From a virus (lineage: Duplodnaviria; Caudoviricetes), in the IMG/VR virus record IMGVR_UViG_3300042862_000096, positions 1 to 55,705 of that record: a DNA stretch of 55,705 bases; one strand, 5' to 3'. Under the pieces are notes generated by a model, which had not been told where the DNA came from, ran no database searches, and worked only from the letters and a program-made list of their open reading frames with translations. Within the stretch, counting starts at the first letter, position 1; each line of letters starts with the position of its first letter. Positions 37,405-43,568 of the stretch are shown piece after piece. The translations under genes and the position numbers were made by a program.

Positions 37405-37854
37405 TTATTCATCTTCAATCGTAATGTTGGACCATTCACAGTCTTCATTAGTTAGTTCACCTACACCATTGTAAGAAAGATCGATACTGATATCGTCCTC
37501 GCTTACCTCTTCGTCTAAGGCACATTCAACAGTTAAGTTGTATTCAACTGTTATTTGAACTGTTACCTCTTTAGTTAAGGTGATGTCCAGTTCAGCAGCC
37601 AGTTCTTTTAGTTCATCTACTGTTGCTGAATCATCATCTTTGACATGTTCAAGTATGAACGCTTTAACATAACCTAACTGTTGGTTAAGTTTTGCATTTC
37701 TTTCTTTTGAAGATTCAAGTTGCCTCTCTAGGGAATCAACTGAATTACTGTACTTAACTAACTCTGCCACTATTTCATCAGTGGCGTGATCTCTAACGAA
37801 CTCATCAGCAATTGCTTCTACTGTTGGCTCGTCTATTTGTGTTTCTGTTGTCAT
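37405..37854 (-). CDS. Acidic coiled-coil early protein
   Basis: GAAGGGTAAATC RBS; follows HH3. Confidence 0.7.
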   Translation of the reverse strand: MTTETQIDEPTVEAIADEFVRDHATDEIVAELVKYSNSVDSLERQLESSKERNAKLNQQLGYVKAFILEHVKDDDSATVDELKELAAELDITLTKEVTVQITVEYNLTVECALDEEVSEDDISIDLSYNGVGELTNEDCEWSNITIEDE

Positions 37855-37880
37855 GATTTACCCTTCATGTTTCTAACGAT

Positions 37881-37935
37881 TGGCTCGTCAGTATCGGCAT
37901 TTACCGATAGACCCTGCCGAAGCAGGGTTTCGCCA
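37881..37935 (-). ncRNA. Type II hammerhead ribozyme HH3 (cleavage between 37910 and 37909)
   Basis: UGGC GAAA CCCUGC UUCG GCAGGG UC/ UAUCGG UAAAUG CCGAUA CUGACGA GCCA. Confidence 0.95.
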
Positions 37936-38361
37936 TTAGTAATCAGATATGTTTGAGTACTCTTTCGCAGCAACTAAAGCCATGTAGTAAGTTCCTTGAA
38001 GTAGGTCACTATCAACATTGTTTTTAACTTTAGTAATTCGCTTGAACCAAACGCTGTATTTCTCATCACTTACATTGGTGGTTATACCAATACGACGAGC
38101 AATATCTAGCGGAGAATAATAAACAGGAACTAGGGTCTGTTCATTAGTTATAGAACTCTTGACTGACTTGTTGATATATGCTCCGTCAAGTTTTTCAAGC
38201 ACTTTAATTCGGGCATAAGTATCAGCCCAGTTGGTAACTTTGATTTCACCAATGCCTACTGCCATCATTAGCCAAATCATTTGCTCAGTCATAGCCTTGT
38301 GTTCATCAGACCATAAACTTTCATGCTCTTTGCACTTAGTTATATCCCATGATAGTGCCAT
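37936..38361 (-). CDS. Hypothetical early protein, flanked by HH2 and HH3
   Basis: GAAGGGTAAATAA RBS; MAL.WDIT.C, IG..TNV. Confidence 0.7.
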   Translation of the reverse strand: MALSWDITKCKEHESLWSDEHKAMTEQMIWLMMAVGIGEIKVTNWADTYARIKVLEKLDGAYINKSVKSSITNEQTLVPVYYSPLDIARRIGITTNVSDEKYSVWFKRITKVKNNVDSDLLQGTYYMALVAAKEYSNISDY

Positions 38362-38381
38362 TTATTTACCCTTCTTAATCT

Positions 38382-38434
38382 GAACTCGTCAGCGTTGGCG
38401 TTTACCAACGGACTGCCCGAAGGCAGTTTCGTTC
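38382..38434 (-). ncRNA. Type II hammerhead ribozyme HH2 (cleavage between 38411 and 38410)
   Basis: GAAC GAAA CUGCC UUCG GGCAG UC/ CGUUGG UAAACG CCAACG CUGACGA GUUC. Confidence 0.95.
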
Positions 38435-38439
38435 TTTGA

Positions 38440-38769
38440 TTAATTGCTTATTTCTTCATATTCGAGAATATCCCAACCACTCATTGCACAACCATAAGCA
38501 CGACCATCTAGCACTACTTCGTCACCAACGCTTATAGCAGTATGACTTCTGTTTTCAGGCATTTTTCCGTCAAGGAATAACTTCCATATTGCACCTTGAT
38601 ATAAATTGGTGCACTCGAACAGATATTCCAACCAGACCATGTCGTCACCATCAAGTTCGTAATGGTCAGTTGGAACTTCGAAGGTCATTTCAGCATTACC
38701 TATCTTGCCATTTGCAGCAAGAGCAACTGCTTGGTGTTTGAAAGCAGTCCATTTGATTGTTATTAACAT
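38440..38769 (-). CDS. Hypothetical early protein
   Basis: R.HTA.SVGD.V......Y.C...GW motif; GAAAGGGTAAAT RBS. Confidence 0.7.
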   Translation of the reverse strand: MLITIKWTAFKHQAVALAANGKIGNAEMTFEVPTDHYELDGDDMVWLEYLFECTNLYQGAIWKLFLDGKMPENRSHTAISVGDEVVLDGRAYGCAMSGWDILEYEEISN

Positions 38770-38820
38770 ATTTACCCTTTCATTAGTTAGTGAATCAGCG
38801 ACAGCCGAATCACGATTTAG

Positions 38821-39000
38821 TTAGTTAAGCGAACCATTTTCCATAATGAAATCGCTTGCTCTTTTCTTTGCTTCTTCTCTCGTAACATATTTATAGACTT
38901 TAGAACCCAGTGATAAATCACCAATACTGGCTCTGACCATAACTGAGTAATCAGTCTTTATGATTACCCATTCAATGTCTTTCAGGTTTAACTTACCCAT
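38821..39000 (-). CDS. 59-aa hypothetical protein (not in ORF track)
   Basis: MGKLNLKDIEWVIIK...; fills the gap and overlaps the upstream stop. Confidence 0.55.
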   Translation of the reverse strand: MGKLNLKDIEWVIIKTDYSVMVRASIGDLSLGSKVYKYVTREEAKKRASDFIMENGSLN

Positions 39001-39199
39001 TACGCTTAACCCCTATTTCATATTCTTCAATATCAGAAGCCCAGTTGCCACCGATACCACTTATTTCATTAGCGATATCTTTAGCAGTTTCTATATCGCC
39101 TTCTCGGATTGCTTTCTTTAGTTGAGGTAGTATCGCTTTGATATACCTCATGTCTGTATTGACTGACTTAACAGTCAAGTCACCTATTTTTTTAGCCAT
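38993..39199 (-). CDS. Hypothetical early protein
   Basis: GAAAGGGTAAACC RBS. Confidence 0.65.
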   Translation of the reverse strand: MAKKIGDLTVKSVNTDMRYIKAILPQLKKAIREGDIETAKDIANEISGIGGNWASDIEEYEIGVKRNG

Positions 39200-39221
39200 T
39201 TGGTTTACCCTTTCAGTTGGT

Positions 39222-39440
39222 TTATGAACGACCTGAAGACCTTCCGTTCTTCAAGTCGGGACTATCTTTATGAACTATTGTGAAACCTTGCTTCGGCACT
39301 AGCATTAGCCGATAATTTTCTCTGCCTGTAACTCCATTGGTTGATAAGCAATCTCGTTTCATGCAGTAGTAGTAACCCAGTTCCCATCTTCTTGGATCAA
39401 CTGGGTCGTTGCAATAAATGCAATAATTCTCGCTAGACAT
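39222..39440 (-). CDS. Small Zn-finger protein
   Basis: CIYC..PV..RR.ELGY..C...C. Confidence 0.7.
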   Translation of the reverse strand: MSSENYCIYCNDPVDPRRWELGYYYCMKRDCLSTNGVTGRENYRLMLVPKQGFTIVHKDSPDLKNGRSSGRS

Positions 39441-39446
39441 GATTCC

Positions 39447-39560
39447 TTAGTTACTTTCCATTAGAACTTCTAGTGACTGCTCTTTGTAGCATTTTTTACA
39501 AACAAGAGTGGAGTCAAAGAAAGTAACTGGAACTTTACAGCACTTAGATAATCCGTTCAT
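39447..39560 (-). CDS. 37-aa Cys-rich peptide, first ORF after HH1 (not in ORF track)
   Basis: MNGLSKCCKVPVTFFDSTLVCKKCYKEQSLEVLMESN; GAAAGGGTAAACA RBS. Confidence 0.65.
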   Translation of the reverse strand: MNGLSKCCKVPVTFFDSTLVCKKCYKEQSLEVLMESN

Positions 39561-39583
39561 TGTTTACCCTTTCGTTTTCAGAC

Positions 39584-39643
39584 AGACTCATCAGTTACGG
39601 CGTATACCGTAAGACACGCAACAGGGTGCTGCGTGTTTCGTCT
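39584..39643 (-). ncRNA. Type II hammerhead ribozyme HH1 (cleavage between 39613 and 39612)
   Basis: AGAC GAAA CACGCA GCACCCUGU UGCGUG UC/ UUACGG UAUACG CCGUAA CUGAUGA GUCU. Confidence 0.95.
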
Positions 39644-39644
39644 T

Positions 39645-40266
39645 ATATAATTAATTGCACAACTTTCTACCGCAAGATAGTTAGTTGATATGTTTGATTT
39701 ACTTTTGAAAGTCATTCGTCGTAGGTCTAATCTTTTTACCGTTGCGACCGGAACTACTTTTATCACTCGCTCTTTTGCTAATGGAACTAGCAATGTCATC
39801 GCGAAAGTAATTTCCTCACCTAGAACTGGCTATATCGTCGTATTATTTTGATTGACCGAGTAGTAGTCTGTAAATTGAATCAGTCTTGTTAGTTTCGATT
39901 TTACGAGCACCTGAATTACTGGAACGATTCAGGACGCCGAGACCCTTTACAGGTTTTCCTCTGACTATCCCTTCACTATTTAATTATCAGGTAATAACCT
40001 TTTCTGTCACCTTAAGAAGTTCCCTAGGGATTTAATGACTTCTTAAGTTCACCAGAGTTTTATCCCTGACCGTAGTTTTTTCACTTTTGAGTTTTGCCCC
40101 TAAGGGATTCTGAAAACCCAGCCGTGCCTACCCCTTAATCCTACTACATCTTGACCCTGTATAAAAGACGGCGAGGGGAGCCGACCTGCTTTGGGTATAT
40201 GGCAAGCCCTACAAGGAAGCCTCTAGGAAGCCTTTTGCGACCCTTTATTACAGGTCAGGTAGTTAT
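39645..40266. ncRNA. ~620-nt ORF-poor, highly structured region (candidate large ncRNA or leader)
   Basis: Stems at 39775-80/39788-93, 39910-16/39927-33, 40011-20/40038-47 and 40143-56/40253-63, several nested. Confidence 0.45.
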
Positions 40267-40473
40267 TTACTTAGATATTAGTGAAGAAGGCTCTACGCCC
40301 AGTATCTCTGCTAATTTTAGTATGGTAGAGAACTTGGCTGGTTTACCCTTCTCTAGCCTACATAGGCTTTCAGGTCTTATTCCTGCCATCTCTGCTAGTT
40401 TAGACTGAGTAATAAACCGAGCCTTGCGGAGTGATTTAATCTTCTCTCCATTAACAATAGCAGTAGCAGACAT
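40267..40473 (-). CDS. XRE-family HTH transcriptional regulator
   Basis: IKSLRK...TQ..LAE.AGI....L.RLE.G.......KLAE.LGV. Confidence 0.9.
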   Translation of the reverse strand: MSATAIVNGEKIKSLRKARFITQSKLAEMAGIRPESLCRLEKGKPAKFSTILKLAEILGVEPSSLISK

Positions 40474-40618
40474 AGTATCCCTATCTTTAGTTGTAATTGC
40501 GGTAGCATTTATATCAGAGAACGACAGCCGAATACAAGTTTACACACTAATATTCTAACATTCCTTAAGTAATTTGATAACATATAACAACCTGACGTCA
40601 CATATCCCAGACGCAGGT

Positions 40619-40672
40619 CTAAGACCGAGTTGATACCCCTCTGTCCCAAGAGGTGTGGTTCCTCGGTCTTAG
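40619..40672. promoter_or_regulatory. Hairpin with 11-bp perfect outer stem in the divergent intergenic region
   Basis: CTAAGACCGAG...CTCGGTCTTAG, inner CCTCT/AGAGG; ATATCCCAGA direct repeats at 40602 and 40741. Confidence 0.55.
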
Positions 40673-40760
40673 TTATTTCAAAGAAATAGTATAGATTTGG
40701 TCTTTATGTCTTGCTTATATGTAATTGATTCGCCATACTTATATCCCAGAAGGAGGCGAT

Positions 40761-40934
40761 ATGAGTAGAGCCGACCATGCTGGATTCGTTCATGACTGTT
40801 TAGCCAAGTTATCAGAGTTAGACCAACAGATAAATATGCTAGACCCTGAAATACACCAAGAGAAGATTGCTTACTTACGTGAGCAAACTCTTAGAATACA
40901 GTTATTAGCAGATAAACAATTAGCGACTATATAA
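40761..40934 (+). CDS. Small hypothetical protein, divergent from XRE
   Basis: AAGGAGG RBS before ATG at 40761 (MSRADHAG...). Confidence 0.65.
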   Translation: MSRADHAGFVHDCLAKLSELDQQINMLDPEIHQEKIAYLREQTLRIQLLADKQLATI

Positions 40935-41442
40935 ACTTTGGTCTACCGAAGCCTACTACGGCTACTGGTAAATTAGGTTTCAGTTTGCTTCTGTTCTTCT
41001 TTTGATATGCCCTTATTTTTAGACATACTTCGCCACCATTTCTTTGGTCGCCTTTCTTATCTGCTGCAGTATTGCCTTCTACGCAAGTAATAGTTCCATC
41101 GCCATTATCTTTAACCACAATACCGACATGAGATATTCTGTCTACGCCATCACCAGGAAAATCAAAGAAAACAATATCGCCCGGAAGTGGTCTTACATCT
41201 TCTCCCTCAAACCAAGTTTTATTCTTTTGAAAAGCCTGTGCTCCGACTAGTGTTGATACGCAATTTGGGACTTTAACTCCTGCTTGGTTAGCACACCACA
41301 TAACAAACGAGCCACACCATGGTAAGAAGTTTGCTTTAGTAAACTTGCCATATTTGGTCTCGTTATCTTTGGGACCTTCAATAGTTCCTACTTCTGCCAA
41401 TGCAACTTCAATCAGTTTTGCTGGTGTATTTAACTGTGCCAT
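40927..41442 (-). CDS. Endolysin, CHAP domain
   Basis: PWCGSFV.W, PGDIVFF, HVGIV, VEGNT. Confidence 0.9.
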   Translation of the reverse strand: MAQLNTPAKLIEVALAEVGTIEGPKDNETKYGKFTKANFLPWCGSFVMWCANQAGVKVPNCVSTLVGAQAFQKNKTWFEGEDVRPLPGDIVFFDFPGDGVDRISHVGIVVKDNGDGTITCVEGNTAADKKGDQRNGGEVCLKIRAYQKKNRSKLKPNLPVAVVGFGRPKFI

Positions 41443-41582
41443 TATTTAATTCCTTTGGTTTTCTCTTTAGGGTATTTCTCAATTCTTTCTTTTATCCTAC
41501 CATCTTTGCCCATGCGAACTATCCAACCATCTTTTATCTGCATAGAGTTAAAGGGTTCACACCTTCTGTAAGAAGCAGACAT
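41442..41582 (-). CDS. 46-aa basic peptide (not in ORF track)
   Basis: MSASYRRCEPFNSMQIKDGWIVRMGKDGRIK...; TAATG-coupled on both sides. Confidence 0.6.
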   Translation of the reverse strand: MSASYRRCEPFNSMQIKDGWIVRMGKDGRIKERIEKYPKEKTKGIK

Positions 41583-41746
41583 TACTTTTTCACTTTGCGT
41601 TGCCATCTAGTTCCATCTTGAACTAAACCATCTTTGTCGCCGTCTTTAGCATTAGGTTTGAAGCCTTTCATTATCCTATCTTGCTTAAAAGCAAAATAAG
41701 CAATTAGAATGCCCACACCTAGAGACCAGAAAAATAAAAATTCCAT
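41582..41746 (-). CDS. 54-aa TM peptide with DGDKDGLVQDGT motif (not in ORF track)
   Basis: MEFLFFWSLGVGILIAYFAF...NAKDGDKDGLVQDGTRWQR; TAATG-coupled. Confidence 0.65.
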   Translation of the reverse strand: MEFLFFWSLGVGILIAYFAFKQDRIMKGFKPNAKDGDKDGLVQDGTRWQRKVKK

Positions 41747-42129
41747 TACTTGCCTTTACGGGCTGAAGTCTTTCCGTCTACATCTTGAAACGCATCGTTA
41801 ATTTCAGCACTTGTTAATTTACCATCTACTAAGTAAGAGCGAGATAGTTGTTCAACAACAGTAACAACACCTAAAGTTCCTGCTAAAATTACGGCTTTAA
41901 TTGTATCAATACCAATAATTGCACCTGCGCCAATAACTGATAAACCACTAGCCAAGAATACGGCAAATATTCTTTTGGCTATGCTTAATATCTTTTCCAT
42001 AAAGTTGTCGCCCTTAAGTTGGTTCTTTCCAGTAGCAACCATTTTATCTCCTCTTAGTCGTTTTCTTATGTTGGGGCTGTGTATAGTATATGAAAGGACC
42101 ACTAGTATACGCATCATTTCTTGCGGCAA
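41746..42129 (-). CDS. Holin-like membrane protein (true start downstream, ~42042 or 42000)
   Basis: Two TM segments; DGKLT..EIN.AF; lysis cassette. Confidence 0.55.
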   Translation of the reverse strand: MPQEMMRILVVLSYTIHSPNIRKRLRGDKMVATGKNQLKGDNFMEKILSIAKRIFAVFLASGLSVIGAGAIIGIDTIKAVILAGTLGVVTVVEQLSRSYLVDGKLTSAEINDAFQDVDGKTSARKGK

Positions 42130-42601
42130 TTTCTAAAGATTCTGAAAGACTAGCCCCTGCTTCTAATGCGCCAATGGCATAACTACTACCTGACCCGACA
42201 CCATAAAATCCTGTATCGGTAAGTGAAATACTCATATCGTCTGCTAGTTCAAAGACCTGACCAGCAATGGCTATTAAGAAACAGAACTTGCTTTCGTCGT
42301 CATCTACGTCCCACTTATATTCGTTTTCTTTGAAACAGGCTTTAAGTGAAGGAACTACCTTAGCAATCATAAAATGGTAAAGGTCTTTCCATTCATTACC
42401 AGTTGGTCTTGGTGGGTTCCAGATATGTTGAGCAATATCGCACGGAGAACACTCTCCACTACCAGCAATAAGGAAGGGACCTCGTTCACTTATTTTAATC
42501 ATCTCTTTATGTTTTTGAAGTCTGCCACTACTTGCGGTTACTTGACTATCTGCACCAAACAGGACTTTGTCTTTTTGCTGAACTGCGATGATTGTGGTCA
42601 T
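42044..42601 (-). CDS. Ntn-hydrolase (HslV/proteasome beta-like) peptidase
   Basis: N-terminal MTTIIAV, ADSQ.T, K, GVGSGS.YA.GAL, D..T. Confidence 0.82.
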   Translation of the reverse strand: MTTIIAVQQKDKVLFGADSQVTASSGRLQKHKEMIKISERGPFLIAGSGECSPCDIAQHIWNPPRPTGNEWKDLYHFMIAKVVPSLKACFKENEYKWDVDDDESKFCFLIAIAGQVFELADDMSISLTDTGFYGVGSGSSYAIGALEAGASLSESLEIAARNDAYTSGPFIYYTQPQHKKTTKRR

Positions 42602-42676
42602 GCCCTAATAGTAAGGGAGGTGTCGGGAAAATAGGCTAGGCGACATATAGAAGCCACCTAGCCCAAGTTTATTGCA

Positions 42677-42967
42677 TTACTTTTTTGTTACTCTTTTGCT
42701 TGAACTTGACTTGCTCTTTATCTGCTTACCTACTTCTTTTGCTATAGATTCAGCAACTCTTCCGTAGGCAGGGTCTTTTGTATTTAAGTATCTTAAGGCA
42801 ACCGGCAATGCTGCTACCCATATCGCATTGGCTACTGTCCACCACTCTCCAGTATTAAATTCTAATGGAGAAACACCAGTCAAAGCACTGATAGTTGCTA
42901 CTGCTGATATTGCTGCACCTAGTAAATGGCGACCATAACTCTCTACTGCTGCTTTATTTATTTTCAC
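42677..42967 (-). CDS. Holin-like membrane protein
   Basis: SYGR...A, AALPVALRYLN.KDPAYG; basic tail. Confidence 0.65.
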   Translation of the reverse strand: MKINKAAVESYGRHLLGAAISAVATISALTGVSPLEFNTGEWWTVANAIWVAALPVALRYLNTKDPAYGRVAESIAKEVGKQIKSKSSSSKRVTKK

Positions 42968-42968
42968 C

Positions 42969-43265
42969 TTACTCCTTGACTGCCAACTTTTTTACGATGT
43001 CGTAGATATCGTCTATACGGTCTACTACTCCTGATTGGCGTTCTTCTAATCTTATCACCCTGTCTGCTAGTGAACTGCCCCCATTAGGTGAAAGTTGAGA
43101 TAGTTGAATCTCCATAGGCTTAAGTCTTTCGTCTAGCATGGCAATGATGTCTTGGCTTATATTTTTCTTCATAGGTCTCCAGACGAATTTACTAACTATG
43201 GTCAAAATAGCCAAAATTGAAGCAGTTGTGGCAGCAACAATTTCAGCGTATTCATAAGTACTCAT
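42969..43265 (-). CDS. Membrane protein with PNGGSSL.D motif (lysis-associated)
   Basis: N-terminal TM plus L.PNGGSSLAD...RLE. Confidence 0.7.
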   Translation of the reverse strand: MSTYEYAEIVAATTASILAILTIVSKFVWRPMKKNISQDIIAMLDERLKPMEIQLSQLSPNGGSSLADRVIRLEERQSGVVDRIDDIYDIVKKLAVKE

Positions 43266-43319
43266 AAGTTAAATGATAGCAATACCCTAATACTATCTTA
43301 ATATAGAGCGACTTATGTC

Positions 43320-43559
43320 TTACGCCAATTTACCTAAAACTAGAATATCTCCTGCATTTATTAAGCAAAATACTACATCTGCACTAGTAGGAGAATAACT
43401 CGAGAGATAACGAATACCAGTTAAATCAGTCGTATCACCACTTAGCCTAATAGTTAAAGAGGCTGGAGGTCCTGCTGCGGTTGATTGAACTACTGCTTGA
43501 TGAATAGCAATACGAGAATTCTGATCAACTAAACCTTTGATGATTGTTGAAAAGTCCAT
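43320..43559 (-). CDS. Small tail tip protein
   Basis: YL.SY.P...D.V......D..VLG OB-like motif at the end of the tail module. Confidence 0.6.
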   Translation of the reverse strand: MDFSTIIKGLVDQNSRIAIHQAVVQSTAAGPPASLTIRLSGDTTDLTGIRYLSSYSPTSADVVFCLINAGDILVLGKLA

Positions 43560-43568
43560 GATTATTCC

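Noticed and set aside
35942-39643. Repeated intergenic elements as CRISPR repeats, REP/attC sites or intrinsic terminators
   Set aside because: Spacing is irregular and stems differ in sequence; only the hammerhead core nucleotides are conserved; no U-tracts, cas operon or integron integrase
39578-39799. 73-aa minus-strand ORF upstream of HH1
   Set aside because: Runs through the entire ribozyme, lacks the early RBS and lies in the structured region; probably spurious
39645-40266. Group I/II intron, tmRNA or OMEGA RNA
   Set aside because: No domain V or P7 signature, no tRNA-like ends, no interrupted gene and no TnpB/IscB seen
40619-40672. Twister ribozyme (GTCCCAAG resembles the twister L4 loop)
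   Set aside because: Lacks the UAA cleavage segment after P1 and the pseudoknot partners
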